NCBI GenBank assembly: GCA_038131935.1
Contig: JAYPQH010000022.1
Coordinates: 32,001 to 96,000 of the forward strand
Length of the DNA: 64,000 bases
Source of the DNA: Alphaproteobacteria bacterium
GTDB lineage: Bacteria > Pseudomonadota > Alphaproteobacteria > UBA8317
Direction of reading: 5' to 3'
Both the position numbers and the translations under genes were made by a program. Under the pieces are notes generated by a model, which made no database searches, was not told where the DNA came from, and was given only the letters and a program-made list of their open reading frames with translations. The stretch's first letter is position 1. Each line of letters begins with the position of its first letter. Below are positions 10,625 to 20,137 of this stretch, in pieces.

Positions 10625-12117
10625 GGATGTGGACCAGTTTAAAAATATTACTATTGGTCACCCGCTTGAGTCGCTTGGGTGTTATAGACCTCATGGCGAG
10701 TCGTATAAAAATTCCCACCCTTCTGAAACCCTTTCTGATTATTTTACGCATATGCACCAGGGGACGATGGACAGCCAAGCCGTTAGCCATTGTTGATCTG
10801 CCGATCGTCATTGAAAATTTAGGTCCAGCTTTTGTAAAATTTGGACAATTCTTAGCTACCCGCGGTGATTTGGTTGGCCAGGACATTCAAACGGCTTTAG
10901 GACGTCTTCAGGATAGAATGGCTGCAACCCCAGAGCATGAAGTGCGAACGCGCATCGAAACTATATTGTCCCGCCCTATAGATGATATCTTTTTGGAATT
11001 TGGACCATCAGTTGCTGCAGCTTCATTGGCGCAAGTTCACTTTGCTATTCTACCTTCTGGTCAACAAGTTGCTGTAAAAATCTTACGCAAGGATATCCAG
11101 AAGCGATTTGAAAAAGACCTGCGCCTACTCAAAACCATCGCAACAATTGCTGAACTCATTATCCCCACCTGTCGAAGGCTTCGTCCTAGACAAGTGGTTG
11201 AAGTTTTACGATCTTGGGTTTTGGAAGAAACGGACTTACGCATGGAAGCCGCTGCAATGTCACATTATGCTGATGCACTGGCGGATATACCTGGATTTGT
11301 TGTTCCAGAACCTTTGTGGGATTATTGTGACCGAGAATTGTTGGTGACCACACGCATGGTTGGTGTTCCACTGACGCGCTGGGACGACATTGAAAAGATG
11401 GATGTCGACCATACCAAAATTGCGAATTCACTTATTGAATTGTTTCTTACAACTGCCACACGTGGTGGTATTTTTCATGGAGATATGCATCCGGGAAATA
11501 TATTTATCCGCGAAGATGGAATGATTGAACTACTTGATTTTGGTTTGATGGGCCGTATTGATGAGGCAACAAGTCGTTATCTTGCCGAGATCCTTCATGG
11601 TTTTCTTGAGCGCGATTATGATCGTGTGGCACAACTACATTTCGAAGCCGGATATGTTCCTGCTCACCAGTCACAGGCTGCTTTTGCGCAATCCCTGCGT
11701 TCAGTAGGAGAACCTATTTTTGGACGAAGTTCTAGCGAAATTTCCATGGGAAGAGTACTTCAGCAGCTTTTTTCCATTACCGAGCAGTACGGTATGGAAA
11801 CGCAACCACAACTTATTTTGTTACAGAAAACCATGATGACCATTGAAGGCGTTGCACGTAGTTTATCACCTAACACCAACATATGGGAAGCAGCACGCCC
11901 CGCTATTGAAGATTGGATGCGAAGGTCGCTTGGCCCAGTTGGCCGCGTTCGGCAACTTATAACGCTTACTGAGAAGGCGGGAACCTGGCTGGACAAAGAA
12001 CTATCACGGCAAAATACATATCAGAAAAAACACATACCAGAGTCCTTTTATGTTGGTCTTTTATGTGGCTTGTCTCTCGGATTATTGATAACCATCATTT
12101 TCCTATACCTTGACTAA
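10621..12117 (+). CDS. ubiB: Ubiquinone biosynthesis kinase-like protein
   Basis: GPAFVKFGQ, AAASLAQVH, VAVK, FHGDMHPGN and LDFG; follows ubiE. Confidence 0.95.
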   Translation: MRMWTSLKILLLVTRLSRLGVIDLMASRIKIPTLLKPFLIILRICTRGRWTAKPLAIVDLPIVIENLGPAFVKFGQFLATRGDLVGQDIQTALGRLQDRMAATPEHEVRTRIETILSRPIDDIFLEFGPSVAAASLAQVHFAILPSGQQVAVKILRKDIQKRFEKDLRLLKTIATIAELIIPTCRRLRPRQVVEVLRSWVLEETDLRMEAAAMSHYADALADIPGFVVPEPLWDYCDRELLVTTRMVGVPLTRWDDIEKMDVDHTKIANSLIELFLTTATRGGIFHGDMHPGNIFIREDGMIELLDFGLMGRIDEATSRYLAEILHGFLERDYDRVAQLHFEAGYVPAHQSQAAFAQSLRSVGEPIFGRSSSEISMGRVLQQLFSITEQYGMETQPQLILLQKTMMTIEGVARSLSPNTNIWEAARPAIEDWMRRSLGPVGRVRQLITLTEKAGTWLDKELSRQNTYQKKHIPESFYVGLLCGLSLGLLITIIFLYLD

Positions 12118-12190
12118 TTTACACAAATACCTTGTATTAAATGTAGAATTTTTTGAGCAATGTTGGCACAGGCTGTAGGAAAGGCAAATC

Positions 12191-13390
12191 ATGCGCGTTC
12201 TTCTGATCATTACGGGAGGGATTGCTGCCTACAAAAGTTTAGATGTTATACGTCAACTTAGGCAAAAAGGTCATGACATTCATGTCATATTGACCGAGGC
12301 TGCTCAGTCTTTTGTAACCCCTCTTAGTTGTGGTGCATTGAGTGAAAATCCAGTCCATCACGCCCTATTTGATATCAATGAAGAAGCAAAGATCGGTCAT
12401 ATTGCTCTTGCTCGCCTGCCTGATCTTGTGTTGGTTTGCCCAGCTACCGCACATTTTATACAAAAAATGGCTCATGGTGTGGCTGATGACCTTGCGACCA
12501 CTGTGCTTCTGGCGACTGATGCCCCCATTCTTGTCGCCCCAGCAATGAATCCAAATATGTTCCACCACAAAGCGACACAAAGAAATTTACGCCAACTATG
12601 TGAAGATGGTTGTCATATATTAACCCCAGACGAGGGGTTGATGGCTTGTGGGGAAACAGGACGTGGTAAATTGCCTTTGGTTCAAGATATTGTGTCCTTT
12701 GTTGAAGAGTTTTCAGCCGAAAAACCCCTTCAAGGACTTACCGCTATTGTCACTGCTGGACCGACCCATGAACCCCTTGACCCTGTAAGATACATAACGA
12801 ACCGCTCAAGTGGAAAACAAGGTTTTGCCATTGCGGCATCTTTAGGGCGTTTGGGTGCTGATGTGACCTTAATCACAGGTCCTGTACAGTTACCAACACC
12901 TGGGCAGGTGCAGCGCGTGGATGTTCTAACTGCAGCAGATATGTATGAAGCTGTCACCCAGAGAATTCCCTGCGATATAGCTATTTTTTGCGCTGCTGTT
13001 GCAGATTGGCGACCCGTTTCCTTTTCAGCGAACAAAATAAAAAAGACATCTCCGAACATATCGACTTCTATCTGTTTAACCGAGAATCCAGATATTTTGG
13101 CCACAGTTTCTCATCTGCCAGAAACAACGCGACCAAGATTGGTTATTGGATTTGCTGCTGAAACAGAAGATATAGAGCAGCATGCATTTGATAAATGGAA
13201 ACGAAAGGGATGCGATTGGTTGGTTGCCAATGATGTTTCTGGACAGGATATGGATGTATTCGGTCAGGATCATAATAAAGTGACCCTTTATCGCCATCAT
13301 CATGCTCAAGAACAGACAGATTGGTTAAACAAGAATGATATAGCATCTTGGCTATCAGATCATATTTTGGAATGGCATAGAAATGATTAA
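12191..13390 (+). CDS. coaBC: Phosphopantothenoylcysteine decarboxylase/synthetase
   Basis: GGIAAYK, PAMN and TAGPTHEPLDPVRYITNRSSGKQG. Confidence 0.97.
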   Translation: MRVLLIITGGIAAYKSLDVIRQLRQKGHDIHVILTEAAQSFVTPLSCGALSENPVHHALFDINEEAKIGHIALARLPDLVLVCPATAHFIQKMAHGVADDLATTVLLATDAPILVAPAMNPNMFHHKATQRNLRQLCEDGCHILTPDEGLMACGETGRGKLPLVQDIVSFVEEFSAEKPLQGLTAIVTAGPTHEPLDPVRYITNRSSGKQGFAIAASLGRLGADVTLITGPVQLPTPGQVQRVDVLTAADMYEAVTQRIPCDIAIFCAAVADWRPVSFSANKIKKTSPNISTSICLTENPDILATVSHLPETTRPRLVIGFAAETEDIEQHAFDKWKRKGCDWLVANDVSGQDMDVFGQDHNKVTLYRHHHAQEQTDWLNKNDIASWLSDHILEWHRND

Positions 13391-13838
13391 CATTCCCATA
13401 CAACGCATTTCACAGAACCCCTCTCTACCTCTTCCAACTTACGCGACCCTTGGGTCTGCGGGGTGTGATCTATGTGCGGATATTGAGGAAACAATTTTCT
13501 TAAAACCTGGCATGCGGACCCTCGTTCCCACAGGATATGCCATAGCATTACCTGACGGATATGAGGCCCAAATTCGACCACGATCTGGGCTCGCCCTTCA
13601 TCATGGCATTACAGTATTAAATTCCCCTGGCACCATTGATGCTGATTATCGTGGTCTTATTTCTGTAATCTTGATCAACCATGGGGCCGATATTTTTGAA
13701 ATCACCTCTTGTATGCGTATAGCGCAGATGGTCATTGCTCCGATCATTCAAGTTACCTTTAACTCTGTTCAGACGTTGCCCAAAACAACAAGAGCAACTT
13801 CAGGATTTGGCTCGACAGGCACAGGAATCCTACCATGA
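13383..13838 (+). CDS. dut: dUTP diphosphatase
   Basis: RPRSGLA, GTIDADYRG and GFGSTG. Confidence 0.97.
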   Translation: MINIPIQRISQNPSLPLPTYATLGSAGCDLCADIEETIFLKPGMRTLVPTGYAIALPDGYEAQIRPRSGLALHHGITVLNSPGTIDADYRGLISVILINHGADIFEITSCMRIAQMVIAPIIQVTFNSVQTLPKTTRATSGFGSTGTGILP

Positions 13839-14293
13839 ATTTTCGCCTTACAAAAAGAACCATGCTTGCGATTGAAGCCGTACTTGATGTTGCCTACTAT
13901 GCGGAATCTCAGCCTGTCCAAGCAAAAGAAATCACGCAACGTCAAAAAATACCAATGAGGTATTTGGAACATGTCATGCAAATTTTGGTGCATAAGAATA
14001 TTTTACGAGGTGTTCGAGGGCCAAAAGGAGGATATGTTTTAGCCAAAGAGCGCCGTAAGATCAGTCTTGCCGATATTATCATCATTTTGGAACAATCTAT
14101 GCCCTCCGACGATGAAGATGATGGTACTGTTCACTCCGAACTTGGACAAATGGTTATCAGCCCTGTTTGGAATGATTTGTCATCAAAAATTGTAGATATG
14201 CTGTCAGAGATAACCCTGGAAGATCTTTGCAGACGTGGAGAGCATTTGGGTGTGGGCGGCCAAAACATTGAAACATCGGACTATATTATTTGA
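13835..14293 (+). CDS. Rrf2-family transcriptional regulator, CymR-like (no Fe-S Cys triad)
   Basis: RYLEHVMQ.L...L.GVRGPKGGY.L winged helix; single Cys; C-terminus SDYII. Confidence 0.9.
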   Translation: MNFRLTKRTMLAIEAVLDVAYYAESQPVQAKEITQRQKIPMRYLEHVMQILVHKNILRGVRGPKGGYVLAKERRKISLADIIIILEQSMPSDDEDDGTVHSELGQMVISPVWNDLSSKIVDMLSEITLEDLCRRGEHLGVGGQNIETSDYII

Positions 14294-14304
14294 GGGCAGA
14301 GCTT

Positions 14305-15264
14305 ATGGGAAACTTCACAAAACCACGTGGCAAAGTTTATCAATCCATTGTTGATACAATTGGTGGAACGCCACTTGTGCGCTGCCATCGCCTAGAAAAA
14401 CAATTGGGATTACACGCGCAACTTTTTGCCAAATTGGAATATTTTAATCCTATGGCCAGCGTGAAAGATCGCATCGGTGTTGCCATGATCCAGCAGTTAG
14501 AAGATCAAAATCTTATTGGCCCTGACACTCATATTGTAGAACCAACATCTGGCAATACAGGTATTGGGCTTGCCCTTGCTTGTACGTCTACAGGAAGACC
14601 CATTACATTGGTGATGCCAGAACATATGTCTGTGGAACGACGAAATATGATGAAGCTGTTGGGTGCAAACCTTCAGCTCACACCCGCCCATTTGGGTATG
14701 AAGGGCGCTATCGAAGAAGCAGAATCATTGGTGAAAATGATTGGCGATGCTTATATGCCGCAACAGTTCAAAAATATGGCGAATCCAGCCATCCACGAAG
14801 CCACAACTGGACCTGAAATTTGGACTGATACGGAAGGAAGCGTGGATTGTTTTGTTGCGGGTGTTGGGACAGGTGGAAGTATAAATGGTGTAGGTCGGTA
14901 CCTCAAATCCCAAAAAGAAGATGTGCTCTGTATTGCAGTTGAACCCGAAAATTCACCGGTTTTATCTGGTGGAAAGCCTGGCCCTCATAAAATTGAAGGT
15001 ATTGGAGCAGGCTTCATACCTGATACATATGACGCAAGCATTGTAGACGAAGTTATCACTGTTTCCCATGTAACTGCCGTTGATCATAGCCGATTGTTGG
15101 CGCGTACTGATGGTATCACAGGTGGTCTTTCTACAGGGGCCAACCTATGCGCAGCTGTGGAAATCGCCATGCGGGCTTCCATGGCGCAAAAAAATATTGT
15201 CTTCATGGTTCCTTCTTTTGCGGAACGCTACATGTCTACTTCATTATTTGAGTTTGATGCATGA
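14305..15264 (+). CDS. cysK: Cysteine synthase A
   Basis: SVKDR (PLP lysine), EPTSGNTG, QQF and KPGPHKIEGIGAGF. ATG at 14305 follows GAGG; TTG at 14290 is an alternative. Confidence 0.94.
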   Translation: MGNFTKPRGKVYQSIVDTIGGTPLVRCHRLEKQLGLHAQLFAKLEYFNPMASVKDRIGVAMIQQLEDQNLIGPDTHIVEPTSGNTGIGLALACTSTGRPITLVMPEHMSVERRNMMKLLGANLQLTPAHLGMKGAIEEAESLVKMIGDAYMPQQFKNMANPAIHEATTGPEIWTDTEGSVDCFVAGVGTGGSINGVGRYLKSQKEDVLCIAVEPENSPVLSGGKPGPHKIEGIGAGFIPDTYDASIVDEVITVSHVTAVDHSRLLARTDGITGGLSTGANLCAAVEIAMRASMAQKNIVFMVPSFAERYMSTSLFEFDA

Positions 15265-15989
15265 CGGATGAAGAGCTTCAACGGTATGCGAGGCAAATCG
15301 TGCTTCCATCTATTGGCTCAGGTGGACAGAAATTGCTTGGTCAGGCACATGTCACCATCATTGGTTGTGGCGGCTTAGGCACCATTGCAGCGGCTTATCT
15401 TGCAGCTGCTGGAATAGGTAGATTGCGCGTGATTGATCCTGGGCAAGTTGAACTGTCAAATCTTCATCGCCAATGGATTTATGCAGGCGCGCCTGAAGGT
15501 AGTGATAAAGTAAAAGTTTTTCAGTCACATGTCCGAGATAGCAATCCCCATGTTGACGTTGAAGCCATCTGTGCAAGCTATGATCAAAATCATCTCGCAA
15601 ACACCCAACTCGTTCTTGACTGTACGGACAATGGGAGGGTGCGTGCTCAGATAGCAAGAGATTGTTGGACAAAAAACCTCACCCTCATCTCAGGTTCGGT
15701 TTTGGGACTTAGTGGACAAGTTACCACCTTTAAAAACGGACCAACAAACCCTTGTAGAGAATGTCTCTTTCCAGACCAAGACGATCCAACCGACCAATGC
15801 GCGGCGTTGGGTGTATTAGGACCTGTTGTCGGTGTTATCGGTGCGTTACAAGCCACAGAAGCTATTCGAAACATCACAACATTTGGAACAAGTTTGGTTG
15901 GGAAACTTCTCCTCATTGATGCCTATGATTTTGAAATACGCAAAATTTCCGTAAAAAAGCGTTCTCATTGTCATTTTTGTCAAATTTAG
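15261..15989 (+). CDS. moeB: MoeB/ThiF-family adenylyltransferase
   Basis: RYARQ, GCGGLG, SNLHRQ and two CxxC motifs. Confidence 0.85.
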   Translation: MTDEELQRYARQIVLPSIGSGGQKLLGQAHVTIIGCGGLGTIAAAYLAAAGIGRLRVIDPGQVELSNLHRQWIYAGAPEGSDKVKVFQSHVRDSNPHVDVEAICASYDQNHLANTQLVLDCTDNGRVRAQIARDCWTKNLTLISGSVLGLSGQVTTFKNGPTNPCRECLFPDQDDPTDQCAALGVLGPVVGVIGALQATEAIRNITTFGTSLVGKLLLIDAYDFEIRKISVKKRSHCHFCQI

Positions 15990-16972
15990 AGCAGAGACGC
16001 AAAAACCCTGTCAGGTGGCGTGTGACCATCACAAAATGTCTTGATGTTGATGATCACTTTTTCACCCATATCAACACGTCCTTCCTGCGTTGCTGAAGCC
16101 ATATGGGGCAGCAAGGTTACTTTGTTATTATGTCTTAATTTTGGATTCACAGCAGGTTCATGCTCATACACATCAAGACCAGCTCCTCCTAGTTTGTCAT
16201 CCTCCAACAAACGAGCAAGCGCATTCTCATCAATCACTTCACCACGGGATGTATTTATAATGATAGCATCTGATGATAACATTTTTAGCCTTGGAGCAGA
16301 CAAAAGATGAAATGTAGCAGGCGTATGTGGACAATTCACTGAAATAATATCCATATGCGCGAGCATCTGGTTCAAACTATCCCAGTAGGTTGCGCCTAAT
16401 TCCTCGGATAAAGCCTTCGCAACGGGTTTTCTGTTGTGGTAGTTGATCTCTAAGCCAAAAGCCTTTGCCCGTCTGGCTACTGCCGAACCAACCCGCCCCA
16501 TGCCAATAATACCCAATCGTCTACCTTGCAGCCGTCTTCCTAGCATATGTGTAGGTGACCATCCGACAAAACGGTCTTCCTGCATCATGGCGATCCCCTC
16601 TGCCAACCGTCTGTGTGTCGCGAGAATAAGTGCCATCGTCAAATCAGCTGTATCTTCAGTTAGAACACCAGGCGTATTGGTCACTGTGATGCCGTGGGAG
16701 CGTGCAGTCGCAATATCAATATGATCAACTCCCGCACCATAATTGGCAATCAATCGACATCTTGGCGCACACCGCGCAATCACACCTGCATCAATATTGT
16801 CTGTAAGTGTGGGAACAAGAATATCCGCCTCTGACACGGCATCAGCAATATCTTTAGAGCTCATGGGGTGGTCAGAATGGTTAAACTTTGTGTCAAAAAG
16901 TTCTGCCATTCTTTTCTCTACCACATCTGGTAGCTTTCTTGTCACAATCACAACAGGCTTGCTAATGCTCAT
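15986..16972 (-). CDS. D-glycerate dehydrogenase / glyoxylate reductase (D-2-hydroxyacid dehydrogenase family)
   Basis: NTPGVLT, GIIGMGRVG, INTSRG, LDVYEHEP and LPHMAS. Start set at MSISKP after GAGG. Confidence 0.92.
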   Translation of the reverse strand: MSISKPVVIVTRKLPDVVEKRMAELFDTKFNHSDHPMSSKDIADAVSEADILVPTLTDNIDAGVIARCAPRCRLIANYGAGVDHIDIATARSHGITVTNTPGVLTEDTADLTMALILATHRRLAEGIAMMQEDRFVGWSPTHMLGRRLQGRRLGIIGMGRVGSAVARRAKAFGLEINYHNRKPVAKALSEELGATYWDSLNQMLAHMDIISVNCPHTPATFHLLSAPRLKMLSSDAIIINTSRGEVIDENALARLLEDDKLGGAGLDVYEHEPAVNPKLRHNNKVTLLPHMASATQEGRVDMGEKVIINIKTFCDGHTPPDRVFASLL

Positions 16973-17009
16973 ACATACCTCTTCCACTCGTCAGCCAAGG
17001 CACAACCAC

Positions 17010-17549
17010 ATGAATTTCCATCCGGTAACAAAGCCCATCCTGGTCATTCTATTGGCCTCTTTACTATCGATTCATTTCTCTCACAAACCAGTTTTCGCTA
17101 CAAATGCTCAAAAAGTTGGCTCTGTAACGGGACTACCGATCCCTCGCTTTGTATCGCTAAGTGCTGATAAGGTAAATGTCCGCCATGGCCCAGGGCAGAG
17201 TTTTCCCATTGCATGGGTTTACCAGCGCAAGGGATATCCCGTTGAAATTATCGACGAGTGGGTAAATTGGCGAAAAATTCGAGACCCAGAATCTGAAGGA
17301 CTAGAAGGTTGGATCATCACAGGACTTTTGGTGGGAAAACGGACCGGTTTTGTGAAGAGAGACCTTGCGCCTATTCGTGATCAAGCCAGCCAACATGCCC
17401 GCACCATTGCTTTAGCCGGGCAGTCATTAATCGTACGCCTAGATTCCTGCGGCAGGGAGTTTTGTTATGTTCATGTTGATGACACAAAAGGGTGGGTTGC
17501 CAAGTCAGATTTGCTTGGAACCCACCCACAAGAAATTTTTGGTCGCTAA
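17010..17549 (+). CDS. Exported SH3b-domain protein
   Basis: Signal peptide, then GLPIPRFVSL...VNVRHGPG...WR.IRD...EGW and a second SH3b (C...GWV). Confidence 0.88.
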   Translation: MNFHPVTKPILVILLASLLSIHFSHKPVFATNAQKVGSVTGLPIPRFVSLSADKVNVRHGPGQSFPIAWVYQRKGYPVEIIDEWVNWRKIRDPESEGLEGWIITGLLVGKRTGFVKRDLAPIRDQASQHARTIALAGQSLIVRLDSCGREFCYVHVDDTKGWVAKSDLLGTHPQEIFGR

Positions 17550-17553
17550 ATCA

Positions 17554-18147
17554 TCAAAGATCTTTGACCAAAACGGAACGGCTTTCAGCTGGGATGATCG
17601 CCATATGCCCATAATTTGGGTGATCACATCCCAAGAAAACCTCAATTTGGTTATCTTTGAACTGTTCCGCCATATCTTCAGACATGACAAAGCGAATAAA
17701 ATGAACTGATGATGTTTTGCCATCAGCAGTTGTGCGTTCGATATCGTCTTCGTTGATTGTTGCATATAATTTTGTGCCACCAACAGAGAGGTAAAGGCGC
17801 TCATCTACCCCTCCTAACGTGCGCAAAATATCAACCCGACGTTCGACGTCTGTCACCTCGAACATCACCGTAGCAACCAATTCATTACCCTGCGGGATTA
17901 ATGGGTTGTAAGCTCGTAATTCGTCTTCAATTTGTTCTTCTCCACCACGTTCCACAAAAAGCATTTCGTGCACTTGGTGCCACATCGTATCGTAGCTTTC
18001 GAAGTAAAACGTACAGAATGGACCTACGGAGACTTGGCGAAGCTTCTTCTCTGGTCTTAATTCTGTTCTTTTTTGTGAGCGGATAGCGCCATAGGCTGTC
18101 ATATCCATAATATCATCATGCGCGATGATGCGTTGCTCTCGACTCAT
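17554..18147 (-). CDS. DUF3501 family protein
   Basis: VGP..TFYFE, QVHEML..ERG, AYNPLIP, SSVHFIRF and DHPNY; third gene of the rubrerythrin cluster. Start MSREQ follows GGAG. Confidence 0.9.
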   Translation of the reverse strand: MSREQRIIAHDDIMDMTAYGAIRSQKRTELRPEKKLRQVSVGPFCTFYFESYDTMWHQVHEMLFVERGGEEQIEDELRAYNPLIPQGNELVATVMFEVTDVERRVDILRTLGGVDERLYLSVGGTKLYATINEDDIERTTADGKTSSVHFIRFVMSEDMAEQFKDNQIEVFLGCDHPNYGHMAIIPAESRSVLVKDL

Positions 18148-18169
18148 TTTAATGCTCCAAAATTTATTG

Positions 18170-19513
18170 TTAGCTTGTAAGCCCGTAAGCACGGGCCAGA
18201 AGTTCAATAGGGTGAAACGCGCTTTGAGGTACTTGCTCTGCACCTTCAAGCTCCATCACTTGCAAAATATGTTTTGCTGCCAACGGACATTCAGACGCCA
18301 CATAACGGTTATCGGATCGCTTTGCTGCACGCGCTGCGTTTTTCCCCACCTTCACGGCTGCATCAAATGTGTCATGAAGGACCCCAAAAGTACCACCATG
18401 TCCAGAGCAACGCTCGATAACATCCACTTTGGTTTCCGGGACATATGAAAGCAATTCTGCACCTTTCTGACCCATATTTTGAGCACGCGCATGACATGCG
18501 AGATGGATCGTAACACCTCCTTCGAGAGGTTTCATGCCCTCGACCAAGCCCTCTTTTTTCGCAATATCAACCACATATTCATCAATATCAGCCACATGCT
18601 GGGCAAGCCGCGCAATATCCTTATCCTGGGGCAGCAAAAGAGGCCATTCAAACTTCATCATGAGAGAACATGAAGCCGTCAATGATATGATGTCGTACCC
18701 CTTATCGACCCACTCGAGAAGAATAGGCGCGACTTTCTTCGCTTGCTGGGCCACGTCCTCTATCGCACCTTGTTCCAATTTTGGCATACCACAGCAACCT
18801 GGATAAACCACCTCTGTATCAACGCCATTATGTGCAAGCACTTGGCGGGCCGCTGTCCCTGTCCGAGCCTGCTGATAATTTACGAAACAGGTTGCGTATA
18901 TGACAGCCTTGCGACCATAAGCTGGCGCTTGTTTGTTCACAACGGGAACTGATGTTTTCGCTTGTTTTGTAAATGGGCGTGATTCAAATTTTGGCAATTC
19001 GACCCGTTGATCAATACCTGCCACTTTCTCCATTAATGGGCGTGTCATCGAATTTTCGCGTTTTGAAGCCCAATTTGCCAATCCAGCTATTGGAGCAGCC
19101 AAAGCACCATTCCGGTCCGTAGCGGTAAGACGCTCTGCGGCTTTGTTGCGCACACCTTTTTGGCGCTCTGCAGCTCGATATCTGAGCATCAAATGCGGGA
19201 AATCCAAATCAAATTCATGAGGCGGCACATAGGGACATTTCGTCAAAAAACACATATCACAGAGTGTGCAGAGATCTACAACTGTCTTGTAATCTTTTTT
19301 CTTATCAAGACCATCGACTTCCCCTGTCTCTGACTCATCAATCATGTCGAACAAAGTCGGAAAACTATCGCAAAGATTAAAACAACGACGACATCCATGA
19401 CAAATGTCAAAGACACGCTCCATCTCTTCTTCGATTTTTTCAAGATCATAAAATTCAGGATTTTCCCAATCCACAGGGTGCCGCGTTGGCGCGTCTAAAC
19501 TTCCTTCGCGCAT
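18170..19513 (-). CDS. Rubrerythrin-associated Fe-S oxidoreductase (4Fe-4S dicluster + CCG domains)
   Basis: MREGSLDAPTRH N-terminus, CHGCRRCFNLC, CTLCDMC...C, GCCGMP and RCSGHGG. Confidence 0.9.
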   Translation of the reverse strand: MREGSLDAPTRHPVDWENPEFYDLEKIEEEMERVFDICHGCRRCFNLCDSFPTLFDMIDESETGEVDGLDKKKDYKTVVDLCTLCDMCFLTKCPYVPPHEFDLDFPHLMLRYRAAERQKGVRNKAAERLTATDRNGALAAPIAGLANWASKRENSMTRPLMEKVAGIDQRVELPKFESRPFTKQAKTSVPVVNKQAPAYGRKAVIYATCFVNYQQARTGTAARQVLAHNGVDTEVVYPGCCGMPKLEQGAIEDVAQQAKKVAPILLEWVDKGYDIISLTASCSLMMKFEWPLLLPQDKDIARLAQHVADIDEYVVDIAKKEGLVEGMKPLEGGVTIHLACHARAQNMGQKGAELLSYVPETKVDVIERCSGHGGTFGVLHDTFDAAVKVGKNAARAAKRSDNRYVASECPLAAKHILQVMELEGAEQVPQSAFHPIELLARAYGLTS

Positions 19514-19575
19514 CGTCTCATGTCCTCAACAATATATGGTAAAAATGTCGGCTCACTGTGCCATCAGCCCAAGAA

Positions 19576-19605
19576 ATCCTACCCTCAAAGGTTTGAGAGT
19601 AGGAT
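19576..19605 (-). terminator. Intra-operon stem-loop after rubrerythrin (stabiliser or leaky terminator)
   Basis: Minus strand ATCCTACTCTCAAA-CC-TTTGAGGGTAGGAT (one U-G pair) followed by TTCTT. Confidence 0.7.
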
Positions 19606-19614
19606 CTTAGTTTT

Positions 19615-20034
19615 TTAGGCTTCGAGGTTATCGAGCGCCTTCTGGAAACGTCCTGCATGTGACTTTTCAGCTTTAGCAAGTGTCTCAAACCAATCAGCGA
19701 TCTCATCAAACCCTTCTTCACGTGCTTCACGTGCCATTGATGGATACATGTCGGTATACTCGTGGGTTTCACCGGCAATAGCAGAACGCAGGTTGTCGGC
19801 AGTTCCACCAATTTTTTCGCCAGTTGCTGGATCACCAACAGCTTCCATAAATTCCAAATGGCCGTGAGCGTGACCGGTCTCGCCTTCCGCTGTTGAACGG
19901 AAAACTGTTGCAACATCGTTGTAGCCTTCGATATCTGCCTTCTGTGCGAAGTAAAGATAACGACGGTTTGCTTGGCTCTCGCCAGCAAATGCAGCCTTCA
20001 AATTGTCAAAGGTCTTAGTGTTAGCAAGTGACAT
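19615..20034 (-). CDS. rbr: Rubrerythrin, short aerobic type without a rubredoxin domain
   Basis: [36 protein letters not shown] and AEKSHA diiron ligands; 139 aa. Confidence 0.95.
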   Translation of the reverse strand: MSLANTKTFDNLKAAFAGESQANRRYLYFAQKADIEGYNDVATVFRSTAEGETGHAHGHLEFMEAVGDPATGEKIGGTADNLRSAIAGETHEYTDMYPSMAREAREEGFDEIADWFETLAKAEKSHAGRFQKALDNLEA

Positions 20035-20086
20035 GAAAATCCTCCAAATCTAAACGCTGGGCCCAACATTTTGAACCCACACCCGA

Positions 20087-20114
20087 TATATAGGAGGCTT
20101 TCAACAGAGGTCAA
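20087..20114 (-). promoter_or_regulatory. Putative promoter of the rubrerythrin operon
   Basis: Minus strand TTGACC-N16-TATATA. Confidence 0.6.
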
Positions 20115-20117
20115 CAG

Positions 20118-20134
20118 TTTAGAATAATTCTAAA
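20118..20134. promoter_or_regulatory. ICE (iron control element), Irr binding site
   Basis: TTTAGAA-TAA-TTCTAAA matches the TTTAGAA-N3-TTCTAAA consensus exactly; it lies between irr and rbr. Confidence 0.88.
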
Positions 20135-20137
20135 TAA

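Noticed and set aside
16743-17009. Long N-terminal extension of the SH3 ORF (likewise those of rpe, DUF3501, trmB, fabA and tsaB)
   Set aside because: These are ORF-caller extensions, mostly overlapping neighbouring genes; downstream starts fit RBS, signal peptide or family length better.
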